NCBI GenBank assembly: GCA_046497485.1
Contig: JAWOFP010000032.1
Span: 1 to 16,793 of the forward strand
DNA length: 16,793 nucleotides
Origin: Candidatus Nanohaloarchaea archaeon
GTDB lineage: Archaea > Nanohalarchaeota > Nanosalinia > Nanosalinales > Nanosalinaceae
Reading direction: 5' to 3'
Position 1 is the stretch's first letter. The number at the start of each line of letters is the position of its first letter. Shown here piece by piece: positions 1 through 8,303 of the stretch. A program made the position numbers and the translations under genes. The notes below the pieces were generated by a model. That model did not search any database and was not told where the DNA came from. It was given only the letters and a program-made list of their open reading frames with translations.

Positions 1-920
1 TTAACACTGTATCCAAGGATATCTAATGCCATTTCCATGCTTGCTGGCCCACTGAAACCGTCTTTATCTGTTACAAAGTACTGAATTATTTCTTCCAGTG
101 TGTCGAGATCGCTCTTGCTTTTCTTGAACTTGAAATGCGATGACATAATCTCTCGGTTCTGAGCCATTAAGGAATAACCATCCTGAGTATCGATCTCGGT
201 TGAGAAAGTTGATACATTCTGAAGCTCGCCTGTCTCTTCACCGAACTTGACCTGTTCTCCAGGCCTAACTGCCCGGCTATTCTTCAGGTAGAGGCCTGCT
301 GCCAGATTCTGGAAAAGATCTTTGAACCCGTAGAATAGTAGGCCTGCAAGTAGTAAGGCTAAAGCCCATGATGCTGCTGTGACAAATTCCTGAATGGTGC
401 TTTCAGCAAGATTTGCCTGTGTTAGTATGAACTGTAGGATTAGTAGGTAGAGTATTCCTTTTAGGATCATTTCGCTGACTTGAAGAATTTCCTGGCTTAC
501 CCCAGCGTTTCTAATGTAGCTTCTAAACCCTACTGTTTTGAAGAAGTCTGTAGCAAGCTTTGTAACTATGTTTACTCCTATTACTCCGAGTATTAAAATT
601 AGAACTATTGATAGTATGTTTGGAAGTGCATCGATAAAGCCTGCGTATATTTCACGGCTGACATCCGCGTTCAGGTAAAATAAGGTTGCTGCAATAACTG
701 AAGCGTTCAGTACATATACTGAGTACTGGATCTTGCCTCTGATTCTCTGCAAAGTTTTTCTATTAGCGTCTTCCTTCCTTTCAATCAGGAATGAAGTCGC
801 TCCTCTTCTATAGACTCTAACTGCTAGATGCCCTAGTACAAGTATGAGTAGAGCTACAGTTAGACGGATTGGTAATGCTTCTGCGGTTAGAAAACCTGCT
901 AATTGAGATAGAATTGCCAA
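1..920 (-). CDS. MscS-family mechanosensitive channel, 3'-truncated by the window edge; C-terminal part resembles the start of a C39-peptidase-like domain
   Basis: Not in the ORF track; translated by hand. Open frame from TTG (918-920), with a GGTG SD-like motif upstream, to the window edge. Several TM helices, then FKDLFQNLAAGLYLKNSRAVRPGEQVKFGEETGELQNVSTFSTEIDTQDGYSLMAQN, matching the MscS TM3b/beta-domain signature. Confidence 0.8.
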   Translation of the reverse strand, partial: MAILSQLAGFLTAEALPIRLTVALLILVLGHLAVRVYRRGATSFLIERKEDANRKTLQRIRGKIQYSVYVLNASVIAATLFYLNADVSREIYAGFIDALPNILSIVLILILGVIGVNIVTKLATDFFKTVGFRSYIRNAGVSQEILQVSEMILKGILYLLILQFILTQANLAESTIQEFVTAASWALALLLAGLLFYGFKDLFQNLAAGLYLKNSRAVRPGEQVKFGEETGELQNVSTFSTEIDTQDGYSLMAQNREIMSSHFKFKKSKSDLDTLEEIIQYFVTDKDGFSGPASMEMALDILGYSV

Positions 921-963
921 GGCTTTATTGCACCTTTAGTAAGATAGAAAGGGTTTTCCGTTT

Positions 964-2148
964 TTATAAACCTTTAATTTTTCCGTGACCTATCAAACGC
1001 CAGCGCGAGTCGATTTGCCGGCTAATAGCCACTCTATCCCCGACTTCCGCACAGACAGGCATCTTCAGATTCAACCTTACATCGTCTCCTGCCTGAGTCA
1101 CTACACCAGCAGACTTAGTAGTACCTACATTGACCATTAAGGCCTCATGCTCCTTAATGTTCTCAATCTCCATCTCCTCGCCTGAACCAATTAGCGTATC
1201 CATTAATTCGACATCAAGCTCGAGTTCCTCAGTTGTTTCAGGCAGTTCTCCTTTCCTACCTAAAACATTTCCTGCCAGTCCATCGGACTTAACCAGCGAA
1301 GGATCTAGCTCAGTTTCCAGGCCTAAAAGCCCTCCTGGAACTGCTTCATCTACTGGAGAATCTCCCTGAACTATCCCCGTGATTTCTGTTGTGACTTTCT
1401 CCCATTTCTTTCCATCTTTCCTGATTCCGGGCTTTAACTCGATTTCATCGCCTTTCTGAAGCTTTCCTTTGACCAAGCTTCCTCCAAGGACTCCTCCAAG
1501 GAGACCTTTAGGCTCTGTTCCCGGCTTATTAGTGTCGAAAGATCTGGCGACAAGCATCTTTGGACTTGATTCAGTATCTCTTTCTGGAGTCGGGATCTCA
1601 TCTTCTAAGGCCTGTAAAAGCACATCGACATTAATTTCGTGCTGCGCAGACATTGGAATTATTGGCGCGTCTTCCGCTATACTGCCTTCGATGAACTCTT
1701 TGATTTGCTTATAATTTTTCTGGGCTTGCTCTTCGTCTACGAGATCAATCTTGTTCTGTACAATTACAATGTTTTCAATTCCTGCGATCTCGAGTGCTGC
1801 AAGATGTTCATGTGTCTGAGGCTGCGGACATTCTTCGTTTGCGGATACCATTAAGATGGCTCCGTCCATAATGGCTGCGCCCGAAAGAACATTTGCCATC
1901 AAGGTTTCGTGTCCCGGAGCATCGACAAGCGAAACCGTTCTCTTTTCTTCTCCCTCTCTGTCAACATTTAGGCCTTCATCGCTCTCGTAATAAGTAACAT
2001 CTGCGTATCCTAATCGGATAGTAATTCCTTTCTTTAACTCCTCACTGTGTCTATCAGTCCACTGACCGGACAAGGCTTGAGTTAAAGTGGTTTTTCCGTG
2101 GTCTACATGACCTACAAGGCCTATATTGACTTCAGGGACTTTGCTCAT
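964..2148 (-). CDS. eif2g: Archaeal translation initiation factor 2 subunit gamma
   Basis: PEVNIGLVGHVDHGKTT, HSEELKKGITIRLGYAD, DAPGHE, CPQPQT, NKID, RSFDTNKPG and the C-terminal RWRLIGHG are diagnostic; directly downstream of rps6e. Confidence 0.97.
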   Translation of the reverse strand: MSKVPEVNIGLVGHVDHGKTTLTQALSGQWTDRHSEELKKGITIRLGYADVTYYESDEGLNVDREGEEKRTVSLVDAPGHETLMANVLSGAAIMDGAILMVSANEECPQPQTHEHLAALEIAGIENIVIVQNKIDLVDEEQAQKNYKQIKEFIEGSIAEDAPIIPMSAQHEINVDVLLQALEDEIPTPERDTESSPKMLVARSFDTNKPGTEPKGLLGGVLGGSLVKGKLQKGDEIELKPGIRKDGKKWEKVTTEITGIVQGDSPVDEAVPGGLLGLETELDPSLVKSDGLAGNVLGRKGELPETTEELELDVELMDTLIGSGEEMEIENIKEHEALMVNVGTTKSAGVVTQAGDDVRLNLKMPVCAEVGDRVAISRQIDSRWRLIGHGKIKGL

Positions 2149-2513
2149 TCTTCGTCCTCTGAAAGAATTTCTTCTACGCTTTTGGAGCCTTCTTCGACTA
2201 CCTTTGCGTTTAACTGTTCGATATCTTCTGAGACTGTGTTTCCTCTGACGGACTTTCTTTTTCTTACTCCGTCTTTCTGAGTTCTGATACCTGATCCGTC
2301 TTCGATCATTACTCTTTCTCTTTCGGATCCTTCAATACTCTCTCTCATTGGGAAGCCTGCTTTATCGCTTCCTCCGGTAATTTCTAGAGTGTAGCCGTTG
2401 AGGCCTAGAATTTCTCCGTTGAAAGTATCTCCGATCTGTTTTCCTGTAAAGTTTTCAGCTTCAGTTTCTACTTGGTGTACTTCGCCGTCTTGTGTTCCAA
2501 AGTTAATTTGCAT
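2145..2513 (-). CDS. rps6e: 30S ribosomal protein S6e
   Basis: GYTLEITGGSDKAGFPMR and GVRKRKSVRGNTVSEDIEQLN motifs; GTGAT SD-like motif upstream; ATGA overlap with eif2g. Confidence 0.95.
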   Translation of the reverse strand: MQINFGTQDGEVHQVETEAENFTGKQIGDTFNGEILGLNGYTLEITGGSDKAGFPMRESIEGSERERVMIEDGSGIRTQKDGVRKRKSVRGNTVSEDIEQLNAKVVEEGSKSVEEILSEDEE

Positions 2514-2615
2514 TGTTTAATCACGCTCAGTTCTAACCGAACAATTAATTAATGGAGAAAAATCTTTTTAACCCCTGCCAGCTTTTTATGCCATTGAAAC
2601 TCTTTCAATAATATT
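2514..2615. promoter_or_regulatory. Divergent promoter region rps6e / trkH
   Basis: AT-rich gap between divergent genes; TTTTTATG at 2583-2590 lies ~26 nt before the trkH ATG, as expected for an archaeal TATA box on a leaderless mRNA. Confidence 0.55.
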
Positions 2616-4034
2616 ATGAGAGGACAGGTAGTCGCAGCGATCCAGGGCCACTTTTTGAAGGCCTTCACAGGGATAATTGCGGCGCCTATACCTGTAGGCC
2701 TTTATTACGGTGAGTCGTGGACTGGGCTTCTAGGATTTGTTTATGCATCAGTTGGGTGTCTAGTCTTAGCTCTTTCACTGAATAAAATCGGTCACTACCG
2801 GGAGCCCTCAGTGGGAGAAGCGATGATAGCCACAGTCACAGGATGGATGATAGCAATTGTTCTCGGCGCGATACCGTTCATGGTCGAAGTATCGATAACA
2901 AACTCTGTCTTTGAATCGGCTGCAGGACTGACAACCACAGGAATATCGATTTTCTTGAGGCCTGAAAACCTTCCGAACTCGCTGCTGTTCTGGAGAGCAT
3001 TGATGCAGTGGGTAGGAGGATTAGGAGTACTAACATTCTTCATAGCAGTTATTAGAGAATCTGGAGGAATCTCAAGGAAACTCTTCTCCGCAGAGACACA
3101 TAAGACAGATCCAGGAAGCATCAGGCCTTCACTCAAAAAATCGATACTAGAACTCTGGAAAGTCTATATTTTCATTACAGGCCTGTTCATCGCACTCTAT
3201 GCAGCACTGGGAATGGGAATGTTTGATGCTGTAGCCCATTCGTTCTCAGGGATCTCTACAGGAGGGTTCTCGACAACAGGCGCTAGCATGATGGCGTTCA
3301 ACCAAGGGATTCAGGTAGTTACAGTAGGATTAATGTTCTTGGGCGGAATGAACTTCGTACTAATATACAAAGGCCTGAACCTCGATACCTCAATAATCAA
3401 TAACTCGGAGTTCAGACTTTACAGCAAAGTATTCCTAGCATTTGCCGGATTATTCATGTTGGATATCTGGAGGCAAGGCCTTGAGGCCACCTGGTTTGAT
3501 GCAGTCTTCCAGTCAATAGCAGTCCTCTCCTCAACAGGCTACGGGACTATGGGGCTTCTAGGCCTTTCAGTTTTCATGCAGTTCATGCTTGTCGCATTAA
3601 TGTTTATGGGAGGCTCACTCGGATCAACATCCGGAGGAGTCAAGACTTTCAGAGTCATGACATTAATAGAGCTCCTGAAGACCCGGTTAAGAGCTTATTC
3701 GCTCCCTGATACAGCTATTAATGAGGTAAAGATTGACGGCCAGATACTGGAAAATGAGGCCATCAGAACGGTCAGCGTACTATTCTTCACCTGGATTATG
3801 ATAATAGTCGCTGGAACAGGCCTAGTAATGGCGATCGAAGACATGACCTTTATGGCCGCACTCTCAGGTACGGTCTCAGCTGCAGGAAATATGGGGCCTG
3901 TATTTATGGAAGGAACTGATATGGTGGCGCTCTCCGACCCAGTGAAGCTTATCTGGACATTTATCATGCTTGCTGGAAGACTGGAGATGCTTCCAGTACT
4001 GGCAATCTTTAATAGGGAAGTTCTCTCATCCTAA
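2616..4034 (+). CDS. trkH: Trk-type K+ uptake membrane subunit
   Basis: FESAAGLTTTG, FWRALMQWVGGLG, STGGF, SSTGY, GSTSGGVK, GNMGP, MLAGRLE; all four pore-loop glycines present. Confidence 0.95.
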   Translation: MRGQVVAAIQGHFLKAFTGIIAAPIPVGLYYGESWTGLLGFVYASVGCLVLALSLNKIGHYREPSVGEAMIATVTGWMIAIVLGAIPFMVEVSITNSVFESAAGLTTTGISIFLRPENLPNSLLFWRALMQWVGGLGVLTFFIAVIRESGGISRKLFSAETHKTDPGSIRPSLKKSILELWKVYIFITGLFIALYAALGMGMFDAVAHSFSGISTGGFSTTGASMMAFNQGIQVVTVGLMFLGGMNFVLIYKGLNLDTSIINNSEFRLYSKVFLAFAGLFMLDIWRQGLEATWFDAVFQSIAVLSSTGYGTMGLLGLSVFMQFMLVALMFMGGSLGSTSGGVKTFRVMTLIELLKTRLRAYSLPDTAINEVKIDGQILENEAIRTVSVLFFTWIMIIVAGTGLVMAIEDMTFMAALSGTVSAAGNMGPVFMEGTDMVALSDPVKLIWTFIMLAGRLEMLPVLAIFNREVLSS

Positions 4035-4037
4035 AAT

Positions 4038-4697
4038 ATGTATGTAGTAATCACCGGGATCAATATATTGTCCCGAAGACTGGTGAAAAGACTCGAAGGA
4101 CGCCACGATGTAGTAGTCGTGGAAGAAGACGAAGACAAATGCAATAGGCTATACTCTTCATCAGGAGCGACAGTCATAAACAAGTCTCCATCAACACTTA
4201 CAGCGTTAGAAGATGCTGGAATCACAGAAGCAGATATTCTAATATCCACATTGAAGGAAGACAATGAGAACATGGTAGTCTGCTCCCTCGCTAAGAAATA
4301 CGGTGTTCCAAAAGTAATTTCCAGGATGGAAGACGATGAATACTTCGATGCTTTCCAGATAATTGATGCACAGACAATAGGTCATACAGACCTCTTGCTT
4401 TCAGAGTTCCTATCAGCAGTAGAACATCCTTATTTGGTCAAGCTTTCTAATCTTTCTGAGGACAGGGAGGTGCTTAAGGCCTCAGTTAGAGAAAACTCAA
4501 ATCTGATAGAATCGACTGTTGATCAGGTAAAAAATGACTCGAGTTTCCCTGAAAGCTTCATGATCTCGACTGTTCTCAAATCAGACGACACATTGGATGC
4601 ATCGGATGATCCAATCCTAGAAGAAGGAGATGAGCTTATCTTAGTAGGACCATCTGAAGACAAAGAAATTCTGGACAAATTCTTCCAGAACCAGTAG
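4038..4697 (+). CDS. trkA: TrkA/KtrA-like RCK regulatory subunit (RCK_N + RCK_C)
   Basis: HDVVVVEEDEDKC, LEDAGITEADILI, ENMVVCSLAKKYGVPKVISR and C-terminal ILEEGDELILVG; 3 nt after trkH. Confidence 0.88.
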   Translation: MYVVITGINILSRRLVKRLEGRHDVVVVEEDEDKCNRLYSSSGATVINKSPSTLTALEDAGITEADILISTLKEDNENMVVCSLAKKYGVPKVISRMEDDEYFDAFQIIDAQTIGHTDLLLSEFLSAVEHPYLVKLSNLSEDREVLKASVRENSNLIESTVDQVKNDSSFPESFMISTVLKSDDTLDASDDPILEEGDELILVGPSEDKEILDKFFQNQ

Positions 4698-4729
4698 AAC
4701 AATAAACATTCAGGCCTTCAAATATTTCA

Positions 4730-6142
4730 ATGACCGCGATAGTCTGGATCCGTAGATCAATGCGAGAGCATGATAACACTGCTTTAGTAGAGGCCTCCAA
4801 AGAACACAATGAAATTATCCCTTTCTATGTTGTAGACGATAATTACTTTGAGAATGCTGATCTAGGTTATCCAAGGGTCAAGTTCTGGAGAGAATCACTG
4901 ATTGAATTAAGGGAAGGTCTCCAGGACAAAGGTAAAGACTTGGTCGTTAGAAAAGGAGATCCAGTAGGCCAACTCAAGAAGATATTAGAGGAAACTAATG
5001 CAGATAAAATATACTTCAATAAGGATTATTCCAAGTATTCTAGAGAAAGAGATGAGAAAGTTAGAGGCCTAGATGTAGAGGTAGAAGACTTCAAAGACAT
5101 CACAATGTTCGAGAAAGAAGAAATTCTAACAAACGATGGCTCTCCTTACAAAACTTATACTTACTACGCGAAGAAATGGTTCAAGAAAGAGAAAAGAAGG
5201 CCTCAGGAACCAGAAAATTATGAGGTCCCAACAGTTGAAAGCGATGAAATTCCTTCGCTGGATAAGTTAGGATTTGAGGAGCCGGAAAACTTTGAATGGA
5301 TCTGGAATCCGGGGCGTGAAGGAGGCCTAAAAAGAATTGAAGAGTTCAAAGAAAAAATTCTGGATTACGACGAAAATCGGGATTATGCGTGGAAAGACTC
5401 GACTTCTAAACTTTCTCCGCATCTCAAATTTGGGACAGTTTCTATCAGAGAATGTTTCTGGGAAGCCGAGAGAATTAAAGCTCGGAACCCCAACAGCGAT
5501 ACCTCAGGAGTGAAGACTTGGCAGGAAGAACTGGCCTGGAGAGACTTCTACTTCCAGATGCTATGGAACTACCCAGAGTCTCAAGATAAGGCCTTGCTAG
5601 AGCAGTTCAGAAGCATCGACTGGAGATCCAAAGAAGACGCAAAAGATGACTGGGAGGCCTTCATAAATGGAAAGACAGGATTTCCTTTCGTCGATGCAGG
5701 AATGCGCCAGTTAAAGAAGACTGGCTGGATGCACAACCGGCTGAGAATGGTTGTCACAAGCTTTGCATGTAAAGACCTCTGGCTTGACTGGAAAGACCTG
5801 CACCAGTTCTTCAACGAGAACTTTGTGGACGCAGAAATCGCTTCAATGATTGGAGGAATACAATGGGCTTACTCTATCGGAACAGATGCACAGCCTTACT
5901 TCCGCGTCTTCAATCCATGGACACAGGGAGAGAAATACGATCCTGACGGAGAATACATTCGTAAATGGGTGCCGGAACTACAAGATGTGCCGGATGAATA
6001 CATCCACAGGCCTCAAAAAATGAACCAGATCGCCCAGAAAGAATCCAACTGCATAATTGGAGAAGACTATCCTGAACCGATTGTTGACCACGATGAAGAG
6101 AGGAAAAAAGCGGTGGAAAGGTTCGAGGATGCCCGGGAATAG
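4730..6142 (+). CDS. phr: Photolyase/cryptochrome family protein (class I CPD photolyase-like)
   Basis: HDNTAL, TSKLSPHLKFGTVSIR, ELAWRDFY, GKTGFPFVDAGMRQL, GWMHNRLRM, GTDAQPYFRVFNP, DPDGEYIRKWVPEL, YPEPIVDH. Confidence 0.93.
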   Translation: MTAIVWIRRSMREHDNTALVEASKEHNEIIPFYVVDDNYFENADLGYPRVKFWRESLIELREGLQDKGKDLVVRKGDPVGQLKKILEETNADKIYFNKDYSKYSRERDEKVRGLDVEVEDFKDITMFEKEEILTNDGSPYKTYTYYAKKWFKKEKRRPQEPENYEVPTVESDEIPSLDKLGFEEPENFEWIWNPGREGGLKRIEEFKEKILDYDENRDYAWKDSTSKLSPHLKFGTVSIRECFWEAERIKARNPNSDTSGVKTWQEELAWRDFYFQMLWNYPESQDKALLEQFRSIDWRSKEDAKDDWEAFINGKTGFPFVDAGMRQLKKTGWMHNRLRMVVTSFACKDLWLDWKDLHQFFNENFVDAEIASMIGGIQWAYSIGTDAQPYFRVFNPWTQGEKYDPDGEYIRKWVPELQDVPDEYIHRPQKMNQIAQKESNCIIGEDYPEPIVDHDEERKKAVERFEDARE

Positions 6143-6183
6143 AATTTAAATGTCCATCTATAAACCCTTAGTAGTGATTAACC

Positions 6184-8286
6184 ATCAAAGCTAGAGGCCT
6201 ATTACTACTCGGATTAACACTTCTACTAATCGGATCAACAACAGCACTTTCTTGGGATAATCCCGAAAATGGAAACTTAGATTATTTAGGGCCATCAGGC
6301 ATAGATGTTAATTTAGAAGTAAACGGCTCTGACTTAGGAAGCGGAGATAGCGTTGATATTTATTACAATGTAGAATCTGAAGGTTGGACGAGTTTAGACG
6401 TATCTGAAGATGGCGATATATGGTCTGCTAGCTTTGATAATACGGGGGAAACTAGTAATGGAGATAATGTAGAGTTTAAAGCCAACACAAGCAGTTCCGA
6501 GGTAGACGATAGTGAAATAAATTTTGAAGCAACTTCGGACATATCAGGCCCAGATCTAACACTAGAGCAACCTTCCAGCGCTACAAATGATGACGACACT
6601 TCAGTTGAAGTAAGTGCAGCAGATGATGTTTCAAGTGTGGAGAATATTTCTATGACTGTTTTAGATGATAGTGACGAGGAAATTGATTCTAATACATGTG
6701 ATTCTTCAAGTTGTGAAGTAGATAATTTGGGGTTAGATGATGGAGAATATACTGTTGAAGCCGCTTCTTATGACACTATCGGAAACAATGATAATGACGA
6801 TTGGAGTTTTACTGTTGATACTAGTTATGATGGTCCGGAGGATTTCAGTTTTGATCCTTCACCTGACGTAATTAATATTGAGGATTCCTCAGATCGTGAA
6901 ATTGATGTAGAGACTGAAGAAGATAACGATGATACTGATCTTGATGTTGAGTGCAGGATTAATGACGATGATGTTGATAGCTTTACCATAGATAGTAATG
7001 ATGATGCTGGAGATGAAACCTATACTTGCGATATTTCAGATGACTATGAAGATGAAACATTTAATTTAGAACTATATATCGAAGATCAAGCAACTAATGA
7101 ATTCACTTTTGAGTCTGATGAGTTTGGATTTGACGCTAGCGCACCAAGTATCTCAGAGCTGGAATCTATTACTGGAGTCTCAGTTTTCAATGAAGACTTT
7201 GAAATGAGTTATGAGGCCTTTGACAGTGTTTCCGGCGTTGATTATATTGATTACAGCGTAGGAGACGGAGATGAGAGTCAGCTGGAAGATTCTTCCGGGA
7301 ACTTTACTGTTGATACTTCAGATCTTGAGCAGGGAAGTTATGAGGTTCAGGCTCAGGCAGTTGACAATGTTGGAAAAGTAAGTGATGAGAGAACTTTTGA
7401 GTTCGATTTCTATCCTGATGAAGTCCCTGAACTTACTCTTGAAGGCGAAACCGAGTTGAATGTGACTTCCGGTTCTGATACCACTTTGGAACTTGATTTA
7501 GAGAATACTGGGCGGCTTTTGGTGCCTGAAGGAAAAGTTTCAGGATCAGAGGACTTCGTGGAATCCGCAAGCTATGGAAATGTGGCTCCCGGAGAATCCG
7601 AGACATTAGATATAGTTTTCAGCCCAGAAAACGGGCTCGGTGAGTACACGGTTGATCTTCAGGCCTCGACTGTTGATGCTTCTCACTCTGTAGATGTATT
7701 GGTTAGAGCTGACAGCAGTGAGCAGGACGAAATCGATGAAGAAGTTCAGAACTATAGGAGTAATTTAGATGATCTGAATTCTAGAGTCGAACAGTTAAGG
7801 CCTAGCCTGGCACAGGAGAGAAAAGATAGGATTGACTCTGACTATGAAGAGTTCCAGTCACAGGTTACTGAAGCAGAGCAGGCAGTAGAAGAAGGAAGAT
7901 ACTATGAAGCGGATGAAATCCTCAGCAACTTGAACACTAGCCGGCAGTCAGCCGAATCAACTTTTGAGACGGTAAAGAGTGAACACGAGACCGCAATGAG
8001 AAACCGTTACATCTTAGCCGGCCTATTCTTAGTACTGCTGTTGATAGGCGGTGGAGCAGGATTTGTCCTTTACAGCGATGAGTATGAAATCGACATTGAG
8101 TCTCTCTCCGATCTAAGCATTGGGGGAGAAGGAGATAGTGAAGACGAGGAAGAAACTGACTCAGGTTACAGTGGACAAGGAGAGGATGAAGAGGGTTCAA
8201 AGTCTGCTATCGATAGAATCAAGGATAGAGTAGATGACTTGAGAAACGGTGAAGAAGAAAACGAGCCTGAGTATGAGTTCAAGTAA
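6184..8286 (+). CDS. Large acidic cell-surface protein (~700 aa): signal peptide, several Ig-like beta domains, CARDB-like domain, helical stalk, C-terminal TM helix, acidic tail
   Basis: The frame of track ORF 6637-8286 is open back to 6178 and encodes a clear signal peptide (IKARGLLLLGLTLLLIGSTTA-LSW). D-x-x-x-P-type domain linkers; LENTG...VAPGESETLDIVF; TM YILAGLFLVLLLIGGGAGFVLY. Exact start uncertain (ATC at 6184). Confidence 0.8.
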   Translation: MKARGLLLLGLTLLLIGSTTALSWDNPENGNLDYLGPSGIDVNLEVNGSDLGSGDSVDIYYNVESEGWTSLDVSEDGDIWSASFDNTGETSNGDNVEFKANTSSSEVDDSEINFEATSDISGPDLTLEQPSSATNDDDTSVEVSAADDVSSVENISMTVLDDSDEEIDSNTCDSSSCEVDNLGLDDGEYTVEAASYDTIGNNDNDDWSFTVDTSYDGPEDFSFDPSPDVINIEDSSDREIDVETEEDNDDTDLDVECRINDDDVDSFTIDSNDDAGDETYTCDISDDYEDETFNLELYIEDQATNEFTFESDEFGFDASAPSISELESITGVSVFNEDFEMSYEAFDSVSGVDYIDYSVGDGDESQLEDSSGNFTVDTSDLEQGSYEVQAQAVDNVGKVSDERTFEFDFYPDEVPELTLEGETELNVTSGSDTTLELDLENTGRLLVPEGKVSGSEDFVESASYGNVAPGESETLDIVFSPENGLGEYTVDLQASTVDASHSVDVLVRADSSEQDEIDEEVQNYRSNLDDLNSRVEQLRPSLAQERKDRIDSDYEEFQSQVTEAEQAVEEGRYYEADEILSNLNTSRQSAESTFETVKSEHETAMRNRYILAGLFLVLLLIGGGAGFVLYSDEYEIDIESLSDLSIGGEGDSEDEEETDSGYSGQGEDEEGSKSAIDRIKDRVDDLRNGEEENEPEYEFK

Positions 8287-8303
8287 ATTTTCTTAATTTT
8301 TCC
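8287..8303 (+). terminator. Oligo-T archaeal terminator-like tract
   Basis: ATTTTCTTAATTTTTCC directly after the stop codon, between convergent genes. Confidence 0.45.
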
